The notes beneath the pieces are model-generated. The model saw nothing but the letters and a program-made list of their open reading frames with translations. It had not been told where the DNA came from and ran no database searches. DNA of 64,000 nucleotides from an uncultured virus (IMG/VR IMGVR_UViG_3300010352_001897) (taxonomy: Duplodnaviria > Heunggongvirae > Uroviricota > Caudoviricetes). Where the stretch lies: IMG/VR virus record IMGVR_UViG_3300010352_001897. One strand, written 5' to 3'. A program made the position numbers and the translations under genes. Below, piece after piece: positions 48,218 to 57,725 of this stretch (positions within the stretch are counted from its first letter, which is position 1; the number at the start of each line of letters is the position of its first letter).

Positions 48218-49219
48218 ATGGCAAATATTGCACTTCGTGGAAAATTAAGATTTAGTAATCAAGGCGGAGTTGTATTTGGTGACACCGTTGCAAATGAAAC
48301 TATATTGCCAGAGGGGTAGTTAGCCATTAATACTGATAAGGATACTCTTAGTGTACATGACGGAAATACATTAGGAGGAATATTATTACCTAAAATACCT
48401 GCAACGGTGGATGACTCGAACAATGTAAAGTTTTTAGGAACTGTTGTAGCTTCATTTCCGACATATACTACTAAAAATAGTATGATTGATGATATGAACG
48501 CCGGGAAATTCACAGAAGGCTGTCGCGTTCTACTAACAGACCCCGTCTACGATTCCCGTGGTAACGGTGTTATGTATGAATATGACGCAAGTAGATCACG
48601 TATGGTTCGAGTGTTGAATTATCGCAATTATGCAAAACTTGGTTGTGCTAGTGGTAGCTCGATCTCATTCGTTCCAACCACGTCGTACACGCTTGTACCA
48701 TTTCCCACAATTTCCCCCAATGGCGGCACAAAAAAGATAGCCCGAGGGCTTTATCGCGATCTGAGCCCCGAAGGTTCGCGAACAACTCCAGGGTGGAGAG
48801 TAGTAGTTCGTTTGGATTGGGCAGTGGTAAAAATAAACACTAATCAATTATCATTGGATTTGCGTTTAGGTGGACAGTCATGTGGAAGCTTACAAATTGA
48901 TCTGACAGGTGTTACGCTTGATGCTACTAATGGGAATAGCATAATTGCTTGGGCCGAGTGGTCAGTACATCCAAATGGTAACAATAATGCAAGTTCATAC
49001 ACTTTCGATAGTCACGCAAAAATCAGATATGGAGCGGCATATTATCAGGCGAACGGAACTCAGGTACAAGACATAACAAAGACTCGTTGGGCGTTTCCTA
49101 CAATTTCTGATGGAACTGATTCGAACCCAATACACCCCGAATTTGAATTATATTGCAAGTACACGGGAAATGCAAACACTTTATATATTGATAATATGTT
49201 TATTCAGGAATGTGATTGA
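48218..49219 (+). CDS. Mtd-N-type fibre protein interrupted by one in-frame TAG (48317-48319)
   Basis: LPEG*LAINTDKDTLSVHDGNTLGG matches the G(E)L..TD...VHDG...GG motif; ATG 48218 has a late promoter and SD and is in frame with 48407..49219. Confidence 0.65.
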
Positions 49220-49227
49220 CCTACCAC

Positions 49228-49256
49228 AAAAAAGGGCCTCAATGAGGCCCTTTTTT
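49228..49256. terminator. Bidirectional terminator between convergent genes
   Basis: AAAAAAGGGCCTC-AAT-GAGGCCCTTTTTT. Confidence 0.92.
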
Positions 49257-49605
49257 ATTGATTTGCTTCTCGTTCTTTTATCATTTTTAGTACTCCGTTA
49301 TGTAGCACCAAAATATGATTTAATAGATATTGGTAATCTGAATCTAGAATTATGATATTTCCAATACCATCAATTAATACTACAGTTTTCTCAATTGGTT
49401 GAATATATTCAACAAATACTGCACCGTCCGCATTTGCCACTGATATGTTAATGTACTTGTCTCTATATTCAGTGGAATTATTAAAGGACTTTATTCCACT
49501 TTTAATGCAAATATCATTATCATAGTCAACCTGCCTATTTGCAGGATGGTATGTTGCTATGAATACACACATATCAATGAAGGCTTTATCGTGTTTGCTT
49601 ATCAT
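49255..49605 (-). CDS. Hypothetical protein
   Basis: 116-aa ORF, ATGA-coupled within the sigma operon. Confidence 0.6.
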   Translation of the reverse strand: MISKHDKAFIDMCVFIATYHPANRQVDYDNDICIKSGIKSFNNSTEYRDKYINISVANADGAVFVEYIQPIEKTVVLIDGIGNIIILDSDYQYLLNHILVLHNGVLKMIKEREANQ

Positions 49606-49976
49606 TCTATTCCTGTAATTTCTGTAGTTTCTTTGAGAGTGACTCCAGTATTTAGGACTCGGGATTGTTCAAAAATCCTATCAGAATGTCTTGTAAAATC
49701 CCTTTCAACTCCAAACCTATTAATGATTTTTAAAGATCTTATGAAGTGTTTTAGATCCTTAGCATAAATGTGATGAGTAGTCTTCAGATTTAGAATTGTC
49801 ACGTCGTTCTTACTATAGTGTAATGTATTATTATAAGTGAATTTTAGTCCAGTTGTTGCTGGAGCTTTTGTTTTATGATGTGTGGTTAAATATCTAGTTA
49901 CTTTGTCTACGTCAGAGGCTCCTGTATAGGTTTTGCTTTTAGGGGATTCTTTAGCGTCATTTGTGGGTGTATTCAA
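49602..49976 (-). CDS. Hypothetical basic protein
   Basis: 124-aa ORF directly after the sigma factor gene. Confidence 0.6.
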   Translation of the reverse strand: MNTPTNDAKESPKSKTYTGASDVDKVTRYLTTHHKTKAPATTGLKFTYNNTLHYSKNDVTILNLKTTHHIYAKDLKHFIRSLKIINRFGVERDFTRHSDRIFEQSRVLNTGVTLKETTEITGIE

Positions 49977-49977
49977 G

Positions 49978-51180
49978 TTAGTTGCTCTCCAAGATTAGAT
50001 TCCAGTTGTTGAACCTATTACTACTCTCAAACGCATCTTTCAATAACCTAAAGGCGTTCATTTTAATCTTATTATATTCATATGATTTTATCCTCAATGA
50101 TGTCATAATTTCTACATTTGTCATTTTTTCATTTTTTTCATTAATTCCATATAATGAAGTAATTATTAATTTTTCTTTTTCAGGCAACGCCTTTATGACA
50201 TGTCCAACGTTTGAACATAGCTCATTTACAATAATGTTCTCCAACGCTCCAATTGTTTTCTTATCTTCCAATACTTCAGATAAACACAGTCTACTATTAC
50301 GACCGTCATTGGCAATTGGCTGATTTAGTGTTAAATATCTAAACTTAACATCAGTAATAAACTTAACTTGTTCTTCATCAGGAACTCCACCTTTTTCAAT
50401 AATTGCCTTGACTTCGTCCACTGTCTTATAGTATTTTGCAAGAATGTTACAGGGAACACTAATCAAACCAGATGAATTATCAATAGCCCTAACAATTTCA
50501 GCGAAAATCCATCCGGTTGCCATTGTTGAAAATTTGGTTTTTAGGTAAGGGTTGAATTTTTCAACAGCCTTATTGAGGCCAATCATTCCTTCCTGAACTA
50601 AATCTCCAAACGCCAAGGTGTCAGACTTACGACTAAGTTTAGTAAATTGATAAATGACTAGTGCATAATTATGTTCACAAATATTTCCTCTGTAAGTGTC
50701 AATAATACTGAGTTTATCCTTTAGATGTACTTTATTGGCAATGTCGTCAGGAGTATTCTTAACAATAGTATTGAAAAGTTCGTTTGATAATTTTACCGCC
50801 GAAAGTGTTGATATTAGTTCATCTACCGTGGAGCAGTTCTCACATATCTCAAAGTAAGTATGGTAGTTCTCAATAATTTCACTGACTGATAGGTCGCCCA
50901 TCTCATCCACGTTGAAATGGACCAAATACATGATGTCTTCTGAATACAATGCTTCAGAAATGAGTTGGATCAAATAATCAAACATCACTTTATGTGTAAT
51001 TAATTCACAAATAATTGAATTCTGAATTTCAATAATCTTCTCAAACATCACTCTTTCTTCACATCTGGAAAGAAAACCATACCTCTTGATCGTCTTATCA
51101 TACATTCTGAGATCTAATTTGTCAGTAAGGCTAGAAATATACATTCGATTCGAAGCTTCAAATTTCTCAAAGTCTTGCAT
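49978..51180 (-). CDS. Sigma70-family RNA polymerase sigma factor (RpoD/RpoS-like)
   Basis: Region 2 FGDLVQEGMIGLNKAVEKFNP...KFSTMATGWIFAEIVRAI; region 3 LTLNQPI; region 4 LPEKEKLIITSLYG; region 1.2-like LRMY...LSRCEE. Confidence 0.9.
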   Translation of the reverse strand: MQDFEKFEASNRMYISSLTDKLDLRMYDKTIKRYGFLSRCEERVMFEKIIEIQNSIICELITHKVMFDYLIQLISEALYSEDIMYLVHFNVDEMGDLSVSEIIENYHTYFEICENCSTVDELISTLSAVKLSNELFNTIVKNTPDDIANKVHLKDKLSIIDTYRGNICEHNYALVIYQFTKLSRKSDTLAFGDLVQEGMIGLNKAVEKFNPYLKTKFSTMATGWIFAEIVRAIDNSSGLISVPCNILAKYYKTVDEVKAIIEKGGVPDEEQVKFITDVKFRYLTLNQPIANDGRNSRLCLSEVLEDKKTIGALENIIVNELCSNVGHVIKALPEKEKLIITSLYGINEKNEKMTNVEIMTSLRIKSYEYNKIKMNAFRLLKDAFESSNRFNNWNLILESN

Positions 51181-51279
51181 TAAGTCCCCAGCTAATTGAT
51201 GTTAATATAATGTGCGACTTATTCTACCTAAAATCTCCTCGGGTGGGGGGAGTGGGCTTATTACGAGGAATCTAAATTA

Positions 51280-51308
51280 ATAGTAAGAAAAAATAAAGAC
51301 ACTGTCAA
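51280..51308 (-). promoter_or_regulatory. Host sigma70-type (early) promoter driving the phage sigma factor
   Basis: TTGACA (51308-51303), 17-nt spacer, TACTAT (51285-51280). Confidence 0.8.
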
Positions 51309-51335
51309 ACCCCGCCTGACAAATAAATAGTTTTA

Positions 51336-51959
51336 ATGACACCTATCATGGATTACGATATTTTAAAATTTACAGGAAAAGCTAGTCATAGTACTGTAGT
51401 AAATTCAATATCGTTTAAAAGCGTCGATACTGCCACATTTTTAGATGATCGCGATTCGATGAACTACCCGATATACGAACCATACCTTAACCCAGTGTCA
51501 TTATCATATGAAAATTGGACCAAGTTTAGGCTAAAATTAGACCCAGAATATGTAGATAAGATATCTTCTAGGGGATTGACTGTAGAAAAATATAACTGTG
51601 GCTTTAGATACAATGTAACATACACTAAAATAAAAAACATAGCATTCTGGTTCAATACCAAGCCACTAGATGATGTCAAAATTACTGTCGGAACTACGAA
51701 CATATATACTAAGCCAGTAGATTCCAAAAGCATAATTGCAGTAGAAGATGTTACTACATATTACAATAAAGATGGCATTTTTAATGATGAAATCAAATTT
51801 CCTATATACTTCAACGGGAAATCAGAGATACTAATAAATCAACTCGAAGGTGCAATTTCTGATGACTTCTACGTCTGGCAACTTCAACTATTATCTGGAA
51901 TAAAATATCAGCTAGATCCTAGACTTGTTGGATTTAAGCTACATTATGACCTTGAATAG
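51336..51959 (+). CDS. Hypothetical late (structural) protein
   Basis: TAAATA 6 nt upstream; LSYENWTKFRL. Confidence 0.65.
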   Translation: MTPIMDYDILKFTGKASHSTVVNSISFKSVDTATFLDDRDSMNYPIYEPYLNPVSLSYENWTKFRLKLDPEYVDKISSRGLTVEKYNCGFRYNVTYTKIKNIAFWFNTKPLDDVKITVGTTNIYTKPVDSKSIIAVEDVTTYYNKDGIFNDEIKFPIYFNGKSEILINQLEGAISDDFYVWQLQLLSGIKYQLDPRLVGFKLHYDLE

Positions 51960-52593
51960 TTTTTAACACCAGTCTGATATAGATTATTCTTTCATTACCC
52001 ACATCCCTACTTAGCATAATAGGCGCTACTAAAAATTTATTAGTTTTTATAGTTTTTTGAACTACTGCATTCGCAATTAATTGAATAAGATTTTCATCAG
52101 TAATATTATAACTATTTGAATCTGCAATAAAGTATATTTCAGGGACATTGAATGTCTCAACGTATATGTCATTAATATCATAGTGTGAGTTTTTTAATAC
52201 TGTGTTTACTTTTATCCTACTAAGGGCAGGTTGCGTGTTAAAAATTCTACATATCAAAGGAAGTGCAATATTCTGTAAATCTATATTATGTTCAAGAATA
52301 TATCCACTTTCTACCAAATATCCCTTGTTGAGTTTAAATTGTTGTTCAAGGAAATATGCCACCAATTCTCGTCCAGAAGTGTCAACGTTTTTTAGCACAG
52401 ATGACCCTAAAACAACTTTCCACTTATCAACTAGGCGGTTACACTCATTATCACTAATTTGAATAAAAGTTGGAATGTTCTTAAGTCTGCTAATTTCATC
52501 AGCATTTACATTACTTATGGTAGGTTGATCTATGAGTTTTTGTAGTTCAAAAATAATCTTTTCAATACTTTCTTTCATTGGCAAAGGTATCAT
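51934..52593 (-). CDS. Truncated major-capsid-protein paralog (N-terminal region only)
   Basis: LVDKWKVVL...LEQQFKLNKGYLVES...LQNIALPLICRIF aligns with MCP LIKKWGAVL...LENQYKLNKGYLGES...YQNYALPLVRRMF. Confidence 0.75.
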   Translation of the reverse strand: MIPLPMKESIEKIIFELQKLIDQPTISNVNADEISRLKNIPTFIQISDNECNRLVDKWKVVLGSSVLKNVDTSGRELVAYFLEQQFKLNKGYLVESGYILEHNIDLQNIALPLICRIFNTQPALSRIKVNTVLKNSHYDINDIYVETFNVPEIYFIADSNSYNITDENLIQLIANAVVQKTIKTNKFLVAPIMLSRDVGNERIIYIRLVLKTIQGHNVA

Positions 52594-52624
52594 GCGCCCC
52601 CCTAAACCTGAATTTTATCAAATG

Positions 52625-53314
52625 TTAGACATGAAATTTGTATGTTGGGTGAGTTAAGGTTGGCTCAGTTTTTTTCTTCTTACCTCCACCAATAATTGCC
52701 TCAAGGGAATGTTCAGGAATGTCCTTAAAAAGGTCATCTGGAAAAACTTGAAACTTCTGATAGTGTTGTTCAAATCTCATTAGCTGTGCAATCCAGAAAG
52801 CGTCAACAAGGTCACTTTTAGGGGATTCAAAATCTTTTAAACTCTCTGAAATTGTAATGTTTAGTTTATTGAATGCAATTCCCATTTCAAGCTTATCAAC
52901 ACCTCCTTTTCCGGTAGCAAATTGCTTAATGGATGAAGGTGGATATTTCTTATAAGGGATATTCCTAACATACAGTTTTTCTTTTATGGCTCCGCATACT
53001 TCGGCAATATTGAAGACAGCACCCGTTGCACCATATGCATAATCTTCAACAGCAAAGACATCAACAACACTAAGGTCAATATACTTTTCAATTGCATTAA
53101 TAATTATTTCCCCTCTATGGTGATAGGGAATATCTGCATAAGATTTATCTAAAAGGCAAATATTAAGATATTCAGAATGGGTTTCATTCTTCTTTACCTT
53201 AGTAAATCCTAAAAACTTAGTGTTCGTAACTTTTAGTGTCTGGTCGTCACACTGCAACAAACAAACACCTGAGCCGTTAATAGACAAATCTAAACCTAAA
53301 ATTTTCATGGTCAT
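52625..53314 (-). CDS. ruvC: Holliday junction resolvase, RuvC-like
   Basis: ILGLDLSINGSG, AVEDYAYG, FNIAEVCGAIK, PSSIKQFATGKG, DLVDAFWI. Confidence 0.88.
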   Translation of the reverse strand: MTMKILGLDLSINGSGVCLLQCDDQTLKVTNTKFLGFTKVKKNETHSEYLNICLLDKSYADIPYHHRGEIIINAIEKYIDLSVVDVFAVEDYAYGATGAVFNIAEVCGAIKEKLYVRNIPYKKYPPSSIKQFATGKGGVDKLEMGIAFNKLNITISESLKDFESPKSDLVDAFWIAQLMRFEQHYQKFQVFPDDLFKDIPEHSLEAIIGGGKKKKTEPTLTHPTYKFHV

Positions 53315-53349
53315 ATTATTTAGCCAGAAATATTTTAGGTTTCGTCCAC

Positions 53350-54111
53350 TTACTTGAAAATTTTTAACAATTCGCTGAATGTTTCGATCTTGAAATTATA
53401 ATCAAACTCCTTAACGAACGGATCTCCTATCCAACTACTCTTTGCGGCCCTTTTGACCCATACTGTATTCAGACCTGCAGTACTTGCCGCAATGATGTCG
53501 TCAGAGGGTGAGTCCCCTATCATCCAGGTATTTTCTAGGGTTCCTCGTATACTCTTCACAACTCCAGAATATACGTCTGGGTTCTTATTCGGAACAATAA
53601 AAACGCCATTAAACACTTTTGATAATTGTTGGATTTTTCTAAGTTGAGTATAGAAATCTCCCTTAGTAAGAATCCATAGCCTATATCCCCTAGTGTTTAA
53701 TTCATCAAGAGTTTCATTCACAGTAGGATATATTGTATAAGGTGCTGAATTAAAAACACTTTCAGCTAAACTTCTAATCTTATCACTGGAACTATTGCTA
53801 TTGTGAGCATCTATAAAATAATCTGCACATAATGACATAGTATCAATTAAATAGTTTTTATCGTGGCAAGTATTTTTGCAAGCCTCATTCATAGTTTTCA
53901 AAAAAACTTCTGGAAAGGTCTTTGATGAAAATGCGTCAATAGAATGCAATCTTTCGAACTCATATTTTTCTAATAAGTTAGTTATTTCCTCTTCTGAAAG
54001 TGGGGATAGTTTTTTTAAATATTTTACTAGATTTGTTTTTGCAAATTGGTAGTATATGTTACATACAACCATTGTATTATCTAAATCTATCAGGAGATTT
54101 TTGTTTTCCAT
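53350..54111 (-). CDS. HAD-family hydrolase (probable nucleotidase)
   Basis: LIDLDNTMV, LTKGD, MIGDSPSDDI..A..AGL. Confidence 0.88.
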   Translation of the reverse strand: MENKNLLIDLDNTMVVCNIYYQFAKTNLVKYLKKLSPLSEEEITNLLEKYEFERLHSIDAFSSKTFPEVFLKTMNEACKNTCHDKNYLIDTMSLCADYFIDAHNSNSSSDKIRSLAESVFNSAPYTIYPTVNETLDELNTRGYRLWILTKGDFYTQLRKIQQLSKVFNGVFIVPNKNPDVYSGVVKSIRGTLENTWMIGDSPSDDIIAASTAGLNTVWVKRAAKSSWIGDPFVKEFDYNFKIETFSELLKIFK

Positions 54112-54113
54112 AA

Positions 54114-54686
54114 TTAATCCATGTTAAAAGAATATAGTTTTAATAATTCGTCTATTTGATATTGTAGAGTTGGAATGTCAGTTCCTTGGTTATTGTAGAT
54201 CAGCCCATCTACAAGCTCTTCCTTGATCCCTGCCTCGGAGATGTGGGTCTTAGCCTGTTCATCCATGCCATCCCTATCCCTGTCAGAGATGACCTTTAGG
54301 TTCTTCCCGCCGAGATCTCTAATCCATTCCGCTTCATTATCAAAGCGAACATCAGGTATGCAGAAATTTTTAATCCCATTTTTACGAAAGATGGAATATA
54401 CCCAAGCCTCTATACAATGAATCCAAACATTTTGACCATATACATTTCTACCTTTTTCAGTGCCAATGATTTGGAGTTCGTGTCTTACGTGAGGAGGCTT
54501 TGTGTAATATACTTCTTCATATGTGAAAATTCCCTTACCCACCACGTCATTTTTAAAGTGGTCCGCCATTGAAATTTTGAAGTAATTACTAAGACAATTA
54601 GTCCCAATAAAATCCTTACCACTACCAGCTTTACCTGTTAGTCCGATTATTTGAATGCCATCTTCCGGCTTGAAAAGACCTATCAT
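54114..54686 (-). CDS. gp1: Deoxynucleoside monophosphate kinase
   Basis: IGLTGKAGSGKD, MADHFK, LQIIGTE.GR, IPDVRFDNEA, HISE; GGAGG SD before ATG 54686. Confidence 0.88.
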   Translation of the reverse strand: MIGLFKPEDGIQIIGLTGKAGSGKDFIGTNCLSNYFKISMADHFKNDVVGKGIFTYEEVYYTKPPHVRHELQIIGTEKGRNVYGQNVWIHCIEAWVYSIFRKNGIKNFCIPDVRFDNEAEWIRDLGGKNLKVISDRDRDGMDEQAKTHISEAGIKEELVDGLIYNNQGTDIPTLQYQIDELLKLYSFNMD

Positions 54687-55767
54687 TATTACCATCCTCC
54701 ATACTAAAACCAAACTTGGCATAGTGCATTTCAAATGCTAGCAAATTTTGCAAAGTGGGTTTCATGACGTGTTTTATGATGTACTCATACGGAATTTGTC
54801 CATTCTCATCAATAATGGCATCACAATATCCAGTCATTACAAGTTGATTTAGGTCAATTTTGTTTTTTATCTTATCCCTAAGTTCCATCATTTCATCACT
54901 CCATACAAATACGGAGATTCCTGAACGTAGGGCCTGATAAGAAGCTTTTATTCCGTCCCTATCACCATCAAAAAACAATACTAGATTCTTGTGATATTTC
55001 TTATCAATTGTTTTAAGGAGCGTCCTAAATTTAGAGGCTCCACCGCAAGCAATGGAGTTGTTCACGAATAATGAATCAATTGTTCCTTCAAACACAAAGA
55101 AGTGTATGTTCTTATCTACAAAATTTAGATTATATGTTTCTTGCTGAAGACCTGTTGGATACTTGTATTTCATAAAAGACTTATCAGTCAAATCTCTCGC
55201 TTCAAAGTATTTGAAATTACCGTCTCGCAGATAATGAGGAATAATTACTCGATTAGAATACTTATTTTCTTCATATTCTGCACAGTATAGAAAATTCTTA
55301 GCAATCTTCTTAGGAATTCGTCTGTGTTTTATAAATTCAATTGCCTTCTTCCTCACTGATTCACATATAACAAATTCACTCTTTTCTCTTAATGGGAGAA
55401 ATTTAGAATAGTCAATAGGAGTAATTGTGGGTACAGGTTCTTCAATTTTTATTATCTCATTCATTCCGTTCATAAAGTATACTTCAGCTATCCACGCCTT
55501 AAATAGGTCAGGATAGATTTTCTTTAATGTATTATAGAATGAATCTTTATAGTCACAATTAAGACATCCCATTGTGGCATGTCCATCATTATTTGTTAGT
55601 AACCATCCACGCTTCTTAAATGTATTATTACTAGAATCTCCACAAATAGGACATCTAAAAACAAACTTGGCTCCACTTTGAGTGATGGAATCCTTGTCTG
55701 TGATTTTCTGCAGAAATTCTTTATATTTGTGGAGAGGGACGAATATTTTGTGTTGAATGCTCGCCAT
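54631..55767 (-). CDS. gp61: DNA primase
   Basis: FRCPICGDS...KKRGW...CLNC Zn finger, RVIIP, TOPRIM FEGTIDSLF, FDGD.DG. Confidence 0.92.
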   Translation of the reverse strand: MASIQHKIFVPLHKYKEFLQKITDKDSITQSGAKFVFRCPICGDSSNNTFKKRGWLLTNNDGHATMGCLNCDYKDSFYNTLKKIYPDLFKAWIAEVYFMNGMNEIIKIEEPVPTITPIDYSKFLPLREKSEFVICESVRKKAIEFIKHRRIPKKIAKNFLYCAEYEENKYSNRVIIPHYLRDGNFKYFEARDLTDKSFMKYKYPTGLQQETYNLNFVDKNIHFFVFEGTIDSLFVNNSIACGGASKFRTLLKTIDKKYHKNLVLFFDGDRDGIKASYQALRSGISVFVWSDEMMELRDKIKNKIDLNQLVMTGYCDAIIDENGQIPYEYIIKHVMKPTLQNLLAFEMHYAKFGFSMEDGNNDRSFQAGRWHSNNRTNR

Positions 55768-55776
55768 TCATGAATA

Positions 55777-56325
55777 TTAGCAATATTTTGATAGGGAATA
55801 GTGAAGATGATATCTAATTTTCTTCAAGAGCTTCAGTGTCATTTCATTTTTTTTAATTTCCATAACGACAGTACATAGCTTATTTTTTATTGCGGATTCT
55901 GAGCTTCTAATTAATCTGGCAGATAGACAGTTTCTACTTGCAGTACTGTTAATATCAAACTGCGTCATGGCTATCGCCAACGACTGTTCGGCTCCAGATT
56001 CCAAATTAGATTCGTATTTTTGCTTAACAAACTCAGAATATGTATTTTTAATTTTTGCGTAATCTAGTTTAACATTCTTATAGTCAAAATTATAGATATC
56101 TACCACATTCTTAATATTGATTCGCTTAGTTTCTATTATTTTCAATAATTCAACTAGACTTTCTTTAGTTATTTGTAAGTCATATTCCATTGTGTTTTTT
56201 ATAAATCTTCTTAAGTTAGATTTATAATTTCTAGAAGAAGTTTTAGGAAACTTATCTAATAGATTATTATATGTAATATCTAACAACGTGTTTAGTTTTT
56301 GTATTTCAGGTAGGTTATTTGACAT
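55777..56325 (-). CDS. Hypothetical protein
   Basis: 182-aa basic ORF in the replication operon. Confidence 0.65.
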   Translation of the reverse strand: MSNNLPEIQKLNTLLDITYNNLLDKFPKTSSRNYKSNLRRFIKNTMEYDLQITKESLVELLKIIETKRINIKNVVDIYNFDYKNVKLDYAKIKNTYSEFVKQKYESNLESGAEQSLAIAMTQFDINSTASRNCLSARLIRSSESAIKNKLCTVVMEIKKNEMTLKLLKKIRYHLHYSLSKYC

Positions 56326-56328
56326 ATT

Positions 56329-56357
56329 AAAAAAGGAGAGGTGGTTGACCTCTCCTT
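56329..56357 (-). terminator. Rho-independent terminator after gp32
   Basis: Minus strand AAGGAGAGG-TCAACCA-CCTCTCCTTTTTT. Confidence 0.8.
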
Positions 56358-56382
56358 AATATTTAGATTAACTTTTTACGAA

Positions 56383-57357
56383 TTAATCTAGCCAATCGTC
56401 GTCGCTACCTGCAGTCTCCGTGGCAATAGTTGGAACTACTGCTACAAGAGGGGAGGCGACAGCGGCTGGGGCTGGAGCTTTAGTTGAGAGAGTAGACGTA
56501 GCCTTACTCATAGTAGTTGGGGCTGGAGCACTCTCTTCTGCAAATACGGTATTTGCATTAATTGGGGTCGAGTCTACGATAATTCCACCTGAAGTGACTC
56601 TCTGGAACCTCTTGTTGAGGTCCTCGTAGCTCTTATAGGTAGAAAGACCAGTGAACTCATCCAAATCAATCGCCTTGGTAAGAATTTCAATGATTTGCTC
56701 ATCGGTTTCGGCAAGACGTTCAGGGTCTAAGAATTCAGATCCATCATAGTTTGCATATCCCGAGGCTGGATTGTGCTTGAGAACAAGCTCAAGAGAATAT
56801 CCATTAATTGGGCAGTAAGGGTTGCTACTTGCCCTCTTCTTGGATTCTGGCTTCCACTTAGCCTCAATCATCTTATAAATTTCGACAGGCATGTTCCAAT
56901 ACATTACCTTGCCGTTATTTTCAGGATGCTGAGGATCCTCAATGACATAGATGTTAGTCACATAGGACTTCTTAACCTTACGGCTTCTTGCCCTTGCAAT
57001 GAGAACATCCTGCCCTGACTTGTGGTCTTGCCTATTTTGTTCACAGGCTGGGCAACGATGATCCTTGTTATTGTTCTTAATGTTCAATAGTGTTGGACAG
57101 TTTTCAAAGTACCATTGGCCATTTTCAGTGAAAGAATGAGACCAGCGTTCTAGCGTATAAGGCTTGGATGGCCCCATACCTGGAACAGTCTGGGGAATGA
57201 ACCTTACCACTGCTCGGTATTCTTTCTTTTCATTCTTAATTGTTGGCCTGAACTGCCTAGGGTCCTTCTCATGAGTTTGCTTTTTAGGGCCTCTCTGAGA
57301 AAGTCCATTTAAGGTCTGTTCGATTGAATCAATGTTTAGTGTTAGTTTGGACGACAT
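56383..57357 (-). CDS. gp32: Single-stranded DNA-binding protein
   Basis: DPRQFRP, AVVRFIP, WSHSF..NGQWYFENCP, CPACE, NIYVIEDPQHPENNGKV, NYDGSEF, acidic tail DDDWLD. Confidence 0.95.
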   Translation of the reverse strand: MSSKLTLNIDSIEQTLNGLSQRGPKKQTHEKDPRQFRPTIKNEKKEYRAVVRFIPQTVPGMGPSKPYTLERWSHSFTENGQWYFENCPTLLNIKNNNKDHRCPACEQNRQDHKSGQDVLIARARSRKVKKSYVTNIYVIEDPQHPENNGKVMYWNMPVEIYKMIEAKWKPESKKRASSNPYCPINGYSLELVLKHNPASGYANYDGSEFLDPERLAETDEQIIEILTKAIDLDEFTGLSTYKSYEDLNKRFQRVTSGGIIVDSTPINANTVFAEESAPAPTTMSKATSTLSTKAPAPAAVASPLVAVVPTIATETAGSDDDWLD

Positions 57358-57431
57358 GTTTTCTCTTTCTTTTTGGTTTAGTGCCTATTCGGCAGTAGTA
57401 TTTATGTAAGCAAATCTTAGCATTATGTGAG

Positions 57432-57725
57432 CTACATTTTCCTAATTTTGGGTATTTTGAGGTTGTTTTCCTCTACCATATCTCGCGTCAATATTGCCTT
57501 ATTATGGTCATCTAGTAGCTCATAAAGTTCTTCAATTTCATAGTGATCTTTTAGTGACAAAATCACATGTTGAAATCTTTTATTAGGGTGTTCCGCTAGT
57601 AGATCTCTGAACATTTCATTAACATACACCTTATGTTTAAGTAAAACGCTCTTATCAGTCTTTAGAGATAATCCTCGACTAATCCACTTATCTTCTATTA
57701 ATTTTACCCAATCAACGATTGCCAT
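57432..57725 (-). CDS. Small protein, possibly a gp33-like late transcription co-activator
   Basis: Size, position next to gp32 and C-terminal pattern (ILTRDMVEENNLK) only. Confidence 0.3.
   Translation of the reverse strand: MAIVDWVKLIEDKWISRGLSLKTDKSVLLKHKVYVNEMFRDLLAEHPNKRFQHVILSLKDHYEIEELYELLDDHNKAILTRDMVEENNLKIPKIRKM

Noticed and set aside
48218..49219. Genome-wide TAG recoding, or a diversity-generating retroelement linked to the Mtd-like gene
   Set aside because: TAG terminates other genes and long ORFs are intact in the standard code; no reverse transcriptase or template repeat seen in the window
51241..51256. G-rich tract GGGTGGGGGGAGTGGG as a G-quadruplex
   Set aside because: It lies on the template strand of the sigma leader and is better explained as a C-rich leader element; no other support
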